Origin: Nitrospirota bacterium | GTDB lineage: Bacteria; JACPQY01 | Length of the DNA stretch: 64,000 nucleotides | Direction: 5' to 3' | Assembly: GCA_016180645.1 (NCBI GenBank) | Contig: JACPAV010000006.1 | Location: 62,001-126,000, forward strand | Shown here: positions 20,754 to 30,127 of the stretch, in pieces | How the letters are laid out: each line of letters starts with the position of its first letter | Numbering within the stretch: the stretch's first letter is position 1 | The notes under the pieces: model-generated | What the model saw: only the letters and a program-made list of their open reading frames with translations | What the model was told of the DNA's origin: nothing | Databases searched by the model: none | Program-made: the position numbers and the translations under genes

Positions 20754-23633
20754 ATGAGCGAAACCGAGCGAGAACCTAGCTTTCTGAGTCTGGCCTTCGT
20801 GGAAGGCCTGTACGCAGACTATCTGCGGGACCCCTCCTCCGTTCCTCTCGATTGGCGGCGCTATTTCGAAGAGGTCGGGGGGGGGAACGGCACCGCCATC
20901 GAACCCCGTCTCGGCCCGACGTTCCGCCCATCGAGCCTCTTCAATCCCCCGGGTGTCGGCGCCTCTAACGGCCAGGCCAAACGGCATGATGTTGAGGTTG
21001 CCGCCCTCCAGGACCGTGTGGACCAGATGATCCGGGCCTACCGAGTCAGAGGGCACATGATCGCGCGGCTCGATCCCCTGCGTCGACCCCGCCCCCACTT
21101 CAGGGAATTGGACCCCGAATTCTACGGCCTGACCGAGGCCGACATGGAGCGGTCGTTCTCCACCCGAACGATCCAGGGTCCCCAGTCGCTGACTCTCAGG
21201 CAGATCTTCGATCGAATGCGCAATACCTACTGCCGCTTCCTCGGCGTCCAGTTCATGCACATCGACGATCCCACGGTAAAATCCTGGCTCCAAGAGCGAA
21301 TGGAAGGAACCGAGAACCGCCTGGAGCTGAGCCGCAACGAGCAGATGATGATTCTGACCCGGCTCACAGACGCCGTGATCTTCGAGGAATTCATCCAAAA
21401 GAAATTCATCGGCGCCAAGAGTTTTTCCCTTGAAGGGGCGGAAACCCTCATCCCGCTCCTGGAACTCGCCATCGAGAAGGCCGGACAGCAGGGAATCGGC
21501 GACGTGGTTCTTTCCATGGCACACCGCGGTCGGCTGAACGTGCTCGCCAACATCATGGGCAAGCACCCTCGCGAGATTTTCCGCGAATTTGAGGACGCCG
21601 CGCCGGAACTGCACATTGGTCGCGGCGACGCGGGGACCTCATCGCTCCGTTCGTCGTCCCTGGAGCGAAGCGCAGGGGGAGACGTAAAGTACCATCTCGG
21701 CCACAGTAACGATTGGGTGACCTCGACTGGACAAACCGTCCACCTCACGCTTTGCTTCAACCCCAGCCACCTCGAATTCGTCAATCCGGTCGCCCTCGGC
21801 AGACTGCGGGCCAAACAGGACCGCGAAGGAGACCGCGCCCGCTCGCACGCCATGGGAATCCTGATCCACGGCGATGCCGCCTTCGCGGGCGAAGGCATCA
21901 CCCAGGAAACCTTGAACCTGAGCCAACTTCAGGCCTACTCGACCGGCGGCACACTCCACATCGTCGTCAACAATCAGATCGGTTTTACCACGCCTCCGGA
22001 GGAGGGCCGCTCCAGCACCTACTGCACGGACGTCGCGAAGATGCTGCAAGTTCCGATCTTCCACGTGAACGGGGAGGACCCGGAGTCGGTCGCACAAGCC
22101 GTTCGGCTGGCCATGGATTTTCGGCAGAAATTCCGTCGGGATGTGGTGATCGACATGTATTGTTACCGTCGGCGAGGCCATAATGAGGGCGACGAGCCTT
22201 CGTTCACTCAACCTCTTCTTTACCGGGAAATCGAGAAGCGCCTCTCCATTCGTGATGACTATCTCAAGCGCCTCTTGAAAATGGGTGGCGTACCCCGTGA
22301 GGAAGCCGACCGGATCGGCGTCGAACGCCGGGAGCAATTGGAACGCGAACTGGCCGTGGCCCGCAGCGAGCAGAACGTGCGCGCCGCGGACACGCTCGGA
22401 GGAAGCTGGACGGGCTACTTCGGCGGCTACGAACGCGGATTGTCGGAAGTGGAGACGGCGGTGCCACGGGACCGACTCGCCACCCTGCTCACCAAGCAGA
22501 CCGAACTACCGCCCGGGTTCCGCCCGCATCCAAAAACGGCGAAATGGCTGGAGATGCGGAAGGAGGTTTCCCGTGGCAAGCAGCCGGTCGATTGGTCAGC
22601 CGCTGAAGCGCTGGCTTTCGGCTCGTTGGCCACCGAAGGATTCCGGATTCGTCTCACCGGACAGGACACCGCGCGCGGAACCTTCAGCCAACGGCACGCG
22701 ATGTTGCACGATGTCGAAGACGGCCACGCCTACATGCCGCTCCAGCACTTGGACCCGAACCAGGCGCCCGTCGAAATCTGCAACAGTCCGCTCTCCGAGA
22801 CTGCCGTGCTCGGATTCGAGTACGGCTACAGCCTGGATACCCCGAAGGGTCTCGTTGCCTGGGAGGCGCAATTCGGTGATTTCTGCAACGTGGCACAGGT
22901 CATCATCGACCAGTTTATCGTAAGCGGCGAGGAAAAATGGCAACGGCTCTCCGGACTGGTCCTCCTTCTCCCCCACGGGTTCGAGGGAATGGGACCGGAG
23001 CACTCCAGCGCAAGGCTCGAACGATTTCTCGCGCTCTCCGCCGAGGACAATATACAGGTCGTCAATCTCACCACGCCGGCCCAGTACTTCCACTGCCTCC
23101 GGCGACAAGCCCTTTCGATGTGGAAGAAACCGCTCGTCATCATGACGCCCAAGAGCATGCTGCGTCACCCTAAGGCGGTTTCGTCGCTCAAAGAACTCAG
23201 CCACGGGCGGTTCGAGCGCGTCATGCCGGACTCGCATGAAGGTGGGCCTCATGCAAAACTGATTCTTCTGTGCAGCGGGAAGGTGTACTACGATCTCCTC
23301 CAGAAACGCGATGAGGCTGGGCGCTCCGACGTGGCCATCATCCGACTTGAACAACTCTATCCCTTGGCGGAAGACCGGATGCGCGAGGTCTTCAAGCCGT
23401 ATGCCGATGGCACCCCGGTTCGCTGGGTGCAGGAAGAACCCGAGAACATGGGGGCGTGGCGGTACATGGACAACCGGTACTGCGCAACCTTTCTCGATCG
23501 CTTCCCCTTTTCGGGCGTCTGCCGACCGGCCTCGGCGAGTCCTGCAACCGGCTCGGCCAGCAGCCATCGGTTGGAGCAGAGCCAACTCGTCGAACGGGCG
23601 TTTGCCCCGCCGACGGAGACACGGACGTGCTGA
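20754..23633 (+). CDS. sucA: 2-oxoglutarate dehydrogenase E1
   Basis: MAHRGRLNVL, DVKYHLG, HGDAAFAGEG, WEAQFGDF, GPEHSSARLER. Confidence 0.97.
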   Translation: MSETEREPSFLSLAFVEGLYADYLRDPSSVPLDWRRYFEEVGGGNGTAIEPRLGPTFRPSSLFNPPGVGASNGQAKRHDVEVAALQDRVDQMIRAYRVRGHMIARLDPLRRPRPHFRELDPEFYGLTEADMERSFSTRTIQGPQSLTLRQIFDRMRNTYCRFLGVQFMHIDDPTVKSWLQERMEGTENRLELSRNEQMMILTRLTDAVIFEEFIQKKFIGAKSFSLEGAETLIPLLELAIEKAGQQGIGDVVLSMAHRGRLNVLANIMGKHPREIFREFEDAAPELHIGRGDAGTSSLRSSSLERSAGGDVKYHLGHSNDWVTSTGQTVHLTLCFNPSHLEFVNPVALGRLRAKQDREGDRARSHAMGILIHGDAAFAGEGITQETLNLSQLQAYSTGGTLHIVVNNQIGFTTPPEEGRSSTYCTDVAKMLQVPIFHVNGEDPESVAQAVRLAMDFRQKFRRDVVIDMYCYRRRGHNEGDEPSFTQPLLYREIEKRLSIRDDYLKRLLKMGGVPREEADRIGVERREQLERELAVARSEQNVRAADTLGGSWTGYFGGYERGLSEVETAVPRDRLATLLTKQTELPPGFRPHPKTAKWLEMRKEVSRGKQPVDWSAAEALAFGSLATEGFRIRLTGQDTARGTFSQRHAMLHDVEDGHAYMPLQHLDPNQAPVEICNSPLSETAVLGFEYGYSLDTPKGLVAWEAQFGDFCNVAQVIIDQFIVSGEEKWQRLSGLVLLLPHGFEGMGPEHSSARLERFLALSAEDNIQVVNLTTPAQYFHCLRRQALSMWKKPLVIMTPKSMLRHPKAVSSLKELSHGRFERVMPDSHEGGPHAKLILLCSGKVYYDLLQKRDEAGRSDVAIIRLEQLYPLAEDRMREVFKPYADGTPVRWVQEEPENMGAWRYMDNRYCATFLDRFPFSGVCRPASASPATGSASSHRLEQSQLVERAFAPPTETRTC

Positions 23634-23775
23634 GATCCTCGTGTTAAGAGGCTCTGACTCTCTGACGCGGGCTAAAGCCCCATGCCACGGAAGGTATGGG
23701 ACCATGATATGTCGCCGCACCACGGATGGTGCGGCATGGAACATGGCCCGCGGCTACCATGAATCTGAATCTCCG

Positions 23776-23799
23776 GTAGGCGCAGGCTTTATGCCTGCG
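23776..23799 (+). repeat. GTAG-type REP
   Basis: GTAGGCGCAGGCTTTATGCCTGCG, identical to 30950-30973; degenerate arms at ~23665-23688 and ~23742-23757. Confidence 0.75.
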
Positions 23800-23807
23800 G
23801 AGATCCC

Positions 23808-25127
23808 ATGGCTGTTGAACTGAAAGTCCCTCCCATCGGTGAATCCATCACCGAAGTCCAGATCGGCCAATGGATGAAAGCCGAGGGCGACGTGGTGGGC
23901 CGCGATGAGACCATCGTCATCCTGGAAAGCGAAAAGGCCACGGTGGAATTGCCCTCGCCCGTGTCCGGCATTCTCACCCGCATTCTGAAGAAGACCGGGG
24001 AGGCGGCGGTCATCGGCGAAGTCATAGGCATGATGGAGGAAGCGAAAGGTGGGAAGAACACGGACACGAAAACGATCCGAAAGGAGGAGAGTCCGCCGGC
24101 TCCCACTCTGCCGTCGCGAGGAGCAGAGCAGCGGGTAATGCCTTCGGCGAGACGGGCGTTGGCACAGGAAGGTGTTGACGCCGGGGGCATGAAGGGGACC
24201 GGTCCCGGGGGGCGGGTCCTCAAGACGGATGTTGCCCGGCAAGTCGAAACCCGGAGGAAGGAGCCGCCGCTTCCATCCCCTCCAATACCGCCCACTCCAA
24301 CTGTGTCAGCAGACATTCCGGCACTCACAGGCGGGGATGGCGCGGCCGCAAGGTCCGAATGGTCAACTCCCATGCCTGACCCCATTGTCCGCATTGCCCT
24401 CAGTCCCCAGCCCTCTCCCGGCCTGTTCCGCGAGGAGGAAGCTGTGCCGATGACGCTCCTGCGAAAGAAGGTGGCGCAACGCCTGGTGGCCGCGCAGCAG
24501 ACCACCGCTCACTTGACCACATTCAACGAGATCGACATGTCCACGGTGAACGCTCTCCGGCAGGAGCACCGCGAAGCGTTTCAGAAAAAACACGGCATCA
24601 AGTTGGGCCTCATGTCTTTCTTCGTCAAGGCGGCCATCGAGGCACTCAAGCAGATCCCGGCGATCAACGCGGAAATCCGGGCGGACAGCATCGTGTACAA
24701 GAACTATTACGACATCGGTATCGCGGTGGGAGGCGGGCGCGGATTGGTGGTGCCCATCCTGCGCAACGCCGAACGCATGAGTCTGGCCGGGATTGAAACG
24801 GCGATCGCCGATTTCGCGAAGCGTGCGCAGGAAAACAGGCTCAAGCTGGAGGAACTTCAGGGCGGGACGTTCACGATCAGCAACGGGGGCGTCTATGGTT
24901 CACTCCTGTCGACACCTATCCTGAATCCCCCACAGAGTGGCATCCTGGGGCTTCACGCAACCCAGGACCGCCCCGTTGTGCGCGGAGGTCAGATTGTCAT
25001 TAGGCCGATGATGTATGTGGCGCTCACCTACGACCACCGGATCGTGGACGGACGCGAAGCGGTGACCTTCCTGAAGCACATCAAGGAGCTGATGGAAGAA
25101 CCCGCGCGGATCCTGTTGGAACTCTGA
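23808..25127 (+). CDS. sucB: Dihydrolipoyllysine succinyltransferase E2
   Basis: Lipoyl domain (ESEKA), E3-binding GTGPGGRV, YDHRIVDG. Confidence 0.96.
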   Translation: MAVELKVPPIGESITEVQIGQWMKAEGDVVGRDETIVILESEKATVELPSPVSGILTRILKKTGEAAVIGEVIGMMEEAKGGKNTDTKTIRKEESPPAPTLPSRGAEQRVMPSARRALAQEGVDAGGMKGTGPGGRVLKTDVARQVETRRKEPPLPSPPIPPTPTVSADIPALTGGDGAAARSEWSTPMPDPIVRIALSPQPSPGLFREEEAVPMTLLRKKVAQRLVAAQQTTAHLTTFNEIDMSTVNALRQEHREAFQKKHGIKLGLMSFFVKAAIEALKQIPAINAEIRADSIVYKNYYDIGIAVGGGRGLVVPILRNAERMSLAGIETAIADFAKRAQENRLKLEELQGGTFTISNGGVYGSLLSTPILNPPQSGILGLHATQDRPVVRGGQIVIRPMMYVALTYDHRIVDGREAVTFLKHIKELMEEPARILLEL

Positions 25128-25129
25128 GA

Positions 25130-26542
25130 ATGGAAAAGAAGAGACACGATCTGCTTGTCATCGGCTCCGGTCCCGGCGGCTATGTCGCGGCCATCCGCGC
25201 CGCCCAACTGGGGTGGAACGTGGGGTGCGTCGATTCCGAGAAGGTGTCCGGAGGCACGTGCCTCCGCGTCGGCTGCATTCCAAGCAAGGCGATGCTGGAA
25301 TCGAGCGATATCTACTGGGAGGCGAAAGCAGGCCTGAAGGACCACGGCGTTGTGATCTCCGACTTGAAACTCGATCTCGCAGCCATGCTCAAGCGGAAGA
25401 ATGACATCGTGAACATTCTCACCAAGGGCGTGGATGGGCTTTTCGCGAAGAACAAAGTCAAACGCTATGTCGGGCGCGCCCGGATCGAGGCTCCGAGTCG
25501 AGTGGTCGTGGCAGCGACGGCGAACGCCAAGTCCGGAGCTGCCAACGAAATCTCAGTCGAGGCCGAGCACATCCTCATCGCCACCGGAAGCGTGCCGGCC
25601 ACACTTCCCGGAGTCGAAATGGACGGCGGCCGAATCGGCACCAGCACGGACGCGCTGGAGTTTCCGGAAGTGCCCAAACATCTGATCGTAATCGGGGCCG
25701 GCTTCATCGGCTTGGAGCTTGGATCGGTCTGGAGGAGATTGGGCTCGAAGGTCACCGTGCTGGAGTACTTCAAGAGAATTCTGCCCGGCATGGATTCTGA
25801 AATGGCTGATGAAGCGCTTCGCATTTTCCGGAGGCAAGGTTTGGAATTCCGGCTTGGGACGAAGGTGACTTCCGGCAGAATCGTTGGAAAGGACTGCGTC
25901 GTGGAAATCGAGGGAGAGGAGCCGATGCGGGGTGATCGCGTCCTCGTTTCGGTAGGCCGTTCATCCAACATTGAAGGCTTGGGACTTGAAGGGATCGGGA
26001 TCAACCTCGACGAGAAAGGCCGGATATCCGTGAACGATCAGTTCGAAACATCGGTGAAAGGCATCTTCGCCGTGGGCGACGTCATCCGCGGACCGATGCT
26101 GGCCCACAAGGCTTCCGAAGAGGGCATCGCGTGTGTCGAGCGTCTCATCACGGGTTACGGGCACGTGAACTATGAGGCCATCCCGGGAATCGTTTATACC
26201 CAGCCGGAAATTGCCTCCGTCGGGAAAACGGAAGACGATTTGAAGGAAGCCGGTATCAAATATCGCAAGGGCACTTTTCCTTTTGTGGCGAACGGTCGGG
26301 CTCGCTGCCTCGGCCACCGCGAGGGAAGCGTGAAAGTGCTGGCGAATGCGGAAACCGATCGCGTTCTCGGCGTTCATATCATCGGTCCTCGGGCAGGCGA
26401 CTTGATCGCAGAGGCCGCCGTCGCCATCGACTACGCTGCAACCAGCGAAGATCTGGCTCGCTCCTGCCACGCCCACCCCACTCTTTCCGAAGCCCTTCGC
26501 GAGGCCGCCCTCGCGGTGGACAAGCGCGCGATCCACGCGTGA
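25130..26542 (+). CDS. lpdA: Dihydrolipoyl dehydrogenase E3
   Basis: GSGPGGY, GGTCLRVGCIPSK, HAHPTLSE. Confidence 0.97.
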   Translation: MEKKRHDLLVIGSGPGGYVAAIRAAQLGWNVGCVDSEKVSGGTCLRVGCIPSKAMLESSDIYWEAKAGLKDHGVVISDLKLDLAAMLKRKNDIVNILTKGVDGLFAKNKVKRYVGRARIEAPSRVVVAATANAKSGAANEISVEAEHILIATGSVPATLPGVEMDGGRIGTSTDALEFPEVPKHLIVIGAGFIGLELGSVWRRLGSKVTVLEYFKRILPGMDSEMADEALRIFRRQGLEFRLGTKVTSGRIVGKDCVVEIEGEEPMRGDRVLVSVGRSSNIEGLGLEGIGINLDEKGRISVNDQFETSVKGIFAVGDVIRGPMLAHKASEEGIACVERLITGYGHVNYEAIPGIVYTQPEIASVGKTEDDLKEAGIKYRKGTFPFVANGRARCLGHREGSVKVLANAETDRVLGVHIIGPRAGDLIAEAAVAIDYAATSEDLARSCHAHPTLSEALREAALAVDKRAIHA

Positions 26543-27258
26543 CACGAATTCAGGTCCTCAACCGGACCTGTCCCTCACCCAAGGAAGACCTCGAACTCGA
26601 CGACCGCTTGCTTGACGAATGCGACCGCGGCAAGCATGGGCCGGCACTTCGATTCTGGGAGTCTCCAGTGCATTGCGTCGTCCTCGGCACCTCGTCCCAA
26701 CCGGAGCGAGACGTCAACGACTCTGAGTGTGAGCGGCTGAACATTTCGATTCTGAGGCGCTCCAGCGGTGGCGGAACCGTACTCATCGGTCCCGGCTGCC
26801 TGAACTTCTCTCTTGTGCTCCCCATTCCAGAATCCGGCCCCCTCCGGAACATCCAGGACACAACCTGTTTCATCCTCACTCGCCACCGTGCCGCGTTGGA
26901 GCCAATTCTCGGAGCGCCGATCGAATCCCAGGGAACAAGCGATCTCACTCTGGGAGGCCGCAAGTTCTCCGGTAATGCCCAGCGCCGCAAGCGCCGCGCC
27001 CTCCTCTTCCACGGAACGTTCCTGTACGATTTCGATCTCTCCCTCGTTGAGCGGGTCCTCCACGCACCGCTTCGGCAGCCTGCCTATCGATCCGAGCGAT
27101 CCCACAAGGATTTCCTGATAAACCTGCCCCTGCTGCCCGGACGGATCAGAAAGGTCTTGGAAGGCGCTTGGTCCTCTGGTTATTCCGAAAGTCTCCAAGT
27201 TTGCTCTGCTCCCACACGCTCCGATTCCACCCACCCCTCAAATTCGAAAGCCAATTGA
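26539..27258 (+). CDS. Lipoate-protein ligase family protein (catalytic domain only)
   Basis: RRSSGGGTV, KFSGNAQ, HGTFL. Confidence 0.88.
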   Translation: MTRIQVLNRTCPSPKEDLELDDRLLDECDRGKHGPALRFWESPVHCVVLGTSSQPERDVNDSECERLNISILRRSSGGGTVLIGPGCLNFSLVLPIPESGPLRNIQDTTCFILTRHRAALEPILGAPIESQGTSDLTLGGRKFSGNAQRRKRRALLFHGTFLYDFDLSLVERVLHAPLRQPAYRSERSHKDFLINLPLLPGRIRKVLEGAWSSGYSESLQVCSAPTRSDSTHPSNSKAN

Positions 27259-27377
27259 CGCAGGCCCGAAGCAAGCGACTGGCGTCATCTTGAGCTGGCC
27301 GATTCATTTGTAGTCGCGCCGAACTGTGAACACCATTGACGGCTTTCCACAAACGGCTCGCAGCCCCGGTTGGTCCC

Positions 27378-27432
27378 ATTGGGGGCGAAGTCGGAAGAAA
27401 GTCGGAATTCGCGGATCTCCCGGCCTGTGGAT
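27378..27432 (+). repeat. 55-bp dispersed repeat, copy 1
   Basis: Matches the reverse complement of 56134-56188 with 6 mismatches by manual alignment. Confidence 0.85.
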
Positions 27433-27588
27433 CGCATTCTCGACCTTTCCGCACTCCTCCGCTCCTCGATTCATCACGCTGCGTGTGGTTCCCGCCGACA
27501 TTCCCTCCACCTCCAAGAGCAGGGACAAGAATGCCATGGAACAACCTTGAGAAGAGCCTCCGCGGCAACCCTGTCGAAGGGTGAGGCC

Positions 27589-27717
27589 TTATTCTGGGAG
27601 CACCCGATAGCCCGTCCAGTCGTGGATCATGAGGCCGGATATTCCGCCCTCCGCTGGAGTGGCTCCGATCGCGGAAATGAAATCCCCCACCTTCTTTTTG
27701 GAGGTCCCGGAGAGAGT
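27589..27717 (-). pseudogene. Orphan C-terminal fragment paralogous to the 28535-30127 gene
   Basis: Translates TLSGTSKKKVGDFISAIGATPAEGGISGLMIHDWTGYRVLPE* versus SFAGRSKKRVSEFISEIGSSPAASGLSGVMIHDWTGYRVLPE*. Confidence 0.85.
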
Positions 27718-27718
27718 T

Positions 27719-28141
27719 CTATTTCCTTTTCCTGCGGACGGGATCTCCCGATAGCCCGAGCTTTTTTCGGAGGAAACCCCGCACTCGCTTCATTCGCTGC
27801 GCGGCTGTGCGCGCCTCGGCGGGGGAGGCTTCCTCCCCAGGGTATCGGATCTCGACGGAATAGGGTTTCAGAGCCGCAGTGTCGCGGCGGAGTACTTCCA
27901 TAAGGGGATCCTTCTCGACAGCTTCACTCAGGAGATGCTCCAGATCGTGCGTCTTCGGAAACGTGATCCGGTGAAGAACCAGAAAGCCTTTCAGGTATTT
28001 CTCGACACATTGCTGCGCGTGGAAACAAGCCACATCGGGTGCGTGAACCAACCGACCTCTGACCAAGAGATTGGCTACAAGGAAGTCCTGTTCCGCTTAC
28101 CTCACCCACTCGTCGACATCCCGATCCCTAGCTCTTGCCAT
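27719..28141 (-). pseudogene. HEPN-domain protein with premature stop
   Basis: ATG 28141 MARARDRDVDEWVR*AEQDF..ACFHAQQCVEKYLKG..KTHDL..IRYP; TAA at 28099-28097. Confidence 0.8.
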
Positions 28142-28457
28142 TTCTATCGTAAAGGATCTTGCCCTTGGCCAGCACTTCTTGCCAGAAAGGCCGAAATCCT
28201 GTTCTGAGCCGTTCAATTTCGGAAGGTGTTCGAACCAAGATGTCCATGGAGATGGTCCCAGGGTGGCAAGCCAGAGAAATGTCTGTTGCCCGTGCCGCAG
28301 GACGTTTGCGACTCCTCATGATGACCAGAAGGTCCACGTCGCTATCCGGGCCAGGCTTGCCGTAGGCATGGGAGCCGAACAGAATGATCTTGTCGGGACG
28401 AAAGTTCTCGACAATCTTCCTTGCTATCTCTTGCAATAGACCGGGAGATACATGCAT
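28128..28457 (-). CDS. Minimal nucleotidyltransferase (MNT), partner of HEPN
   Basis: IILFGSHAYGKPGPDSDVDLLVI. Confidence 0.92.
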   Translation of the reverse strand: MHVSPGLLQEIARKIVENFRPDKIILFGSHAYGKPGPDSDVDLLVIMRSRKRPAARATDISLACHPGTISMDILVRTPSEIERLRTGFRPFWQEVLAKGKILYDRNGKS

Positions 28458-28534
28458 CGTTGAAAGGTTACACCCGTGGGCGGGCAAACGGAAAACCGAG
28501 AAGGCTGGGGTCGACGCCTATGAACGAGTCCGCT

Positions 28535-30127
28535 TCATTCGGGGAGCACCCGATAGCCAGTCCAATCGTGGATCATGACGCCGGAGAGGCCGGATGCGGC
28601 GGGGCTTGAACCGATTTCGGAGATGAATTCCGACACGCGTTTCTTCGATCGGCCGGCGAAAGACAGGCGCTCGGGGCGCACGAGGTATCTCTCACGGATC
28701 CGAAAGCTTGGAATACCATCGGCGGCAGGCGGCGCGAAAATCAGCCGAGAGGTCTGTGCCTCCACGCGCGCTTGGGCCAGGAGGGGATCCGCTTCCCGAA
28801 CCAGCACGATATGCTCTTCGAGCGCCAGAGGGCGGGTCTCTATCGCGAGCCAAACCGGGACGCCGGTAAGTCTCGAATAGCGAATCCAATCGCCGGAGAT
28901 ATCGAAAAGTTCTCCCCGATCGGTCCGATAGCTCATCACCGCCACGTCATCGACGATGTTCATCACCGAAAATCCGACGGGACGACCCTCCACGCGCCGC
29001 TGATTGAACCAGAACGGCATGACCACGGACAAGCTCGATCGCTCGCCGACCAGCGCCGCCAGACGCGAAATCAGCTCCACGTATTTTCGATCCCCTATTT
29101 CGGGGTCGGCAGCAAACTGCGGAAGTAGGTACGGCTCAATGTCCAGTTGAATACCCGCGGCGGCGTTTCCAGGCAGTGAGAGAGCCTTTTCCACCCTCCC
29201 GACCAGCGGATCGGGGTTGAGCACCGCTTCGGGATATCCGTCCAAGGCGAGGGACTCGATTCCCTGCTTCTGCGCGGCGCTCAAGAGCTCACCGTAGGCC
29301 TTCCAGACTTCCTCCCCTTCCGCAAGGTCCGGGATCTGGATCGAAAGCCTCGTACATTGAAGCGAGAGGCAAGTCTCGATGGTACGCCTTGGATCCTGCA
29401 GGGCATCCTTGTACTCCCAGAGCCAGAGGCCCGTCCTCAATGGCAAGCTGGAATCCGACGATATCGCCGCCAATCGAGCTTTGTCGATGGTCACGCTTTT
29501 TCCACCCTTCCCCAGCGTCACGACGAAACCGGCGAGACGGCGCAAATCCACCGAAGGCGCAATCGAGGCCAGCGGAAGGGTAAGGTCCAATTTTCCGTTC
29601 GACTTTGCCACCTCGGTCCCCGCTCCGATCGATGGACCGATCCGGTCGGCCAGCGAGAACGTGAACGCTGCGATACCTGACACTTTCAGAGCCAGCGAAC
29701 CGAACGAAAGAACATCCAGCAGGTCGTCCTTTCCCCCGAAGGGTATCAGCCACCGACAGCCCGCATGCGCGTTGCCTTTCGGCGTCAGTCGGTAGGACTT
29801 CGCAGACCTGACGACGTCGCTTTCGCATCCGTTCTGCGCGACGGGATCACCCAGACGCGGCAGGAGGTCAACGGCGGGTCCGGAAAGCACTTCGATCCTG
29901 GGTTCCACGGACACAGTCAAAGCGAATCGAAAGGTCACGGACGGTTTTTTGCCTTCGATCAGAACGACTTCGATTTCCTGGACATCCGGACCGGGAATCG
30001 TCTCAAGTGGGATTTCGGTTCCATTGGAGGCTCCCGACATGGCGGCAGGGCAGACCATCAGAAGGAGTGTGCAGCGCGCGACGCGGCACAGCGCGCGAAT
30101 TCGCATCCCCTTCAATTGGCCTACCAT
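28535..30127 (-). CDS. Exported protein, possible TIM-barrel glycoside hydrolase/polysaccharide modifier
   Basis: Signal peptide; GLWLW, GIQLDIEPYLLP, VAVMSYR, AIET; last gene of the GT2 operon. Confidence 0.55.
   Translation of the reverse strand: MVGQLKGMRIRALCRVARCTLLLMVCPAAMSGASNGTEIPLETIPGPDVQEIEVVLIEGKKPSVTFRFALTVSVEPRIEVLSGPAVDLLPRLGDPVAQNGCESDVVRSAKSYRLTPKGNAHAGCRWLIPFGGKDDLLDVLSFGSLALKVSGIAAFTFSLADRIGPSIGAGTEVAKSNGKLDLTLPLASIAPSVDLRRLAGFVVTLGKGGKSVTIDKARLAAISSDSSLPLRTGLWLWEYKDALQDPRRTIETCLSLQCTRLSIQIPDLAEGEEVWKAYGELLSAAQKQGIESLALDGYPEAVLNPDPLVGRVEKALSLPGNAAAGIQLDIEPYLLPQFAADPEIGDRKYVELISRLAALVGERSSLSVVMPFWFNQRRVEGRPVGFSVMNIVDDVAVMSYRTDRGELFDISGDWIRYSRLTGVPVWLAIETRPLALEEHIVLVREADPLLAQARVEAQTSRLIFAPPAADGIPSFRIRERYLVRPERLSFAGRSKKRVSEFISEIGSSPAASGLSGVMIHDWTGYRVLPE

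Noticed and set aside
27378-27432. c-di-GMP-I riboswitch reading of the 55-bp repeat
   Set aside because: GAAA and CCGGCCT resemble the motif, but the bases flanking GAAA are direct repeats and cannot form the P2 stem.
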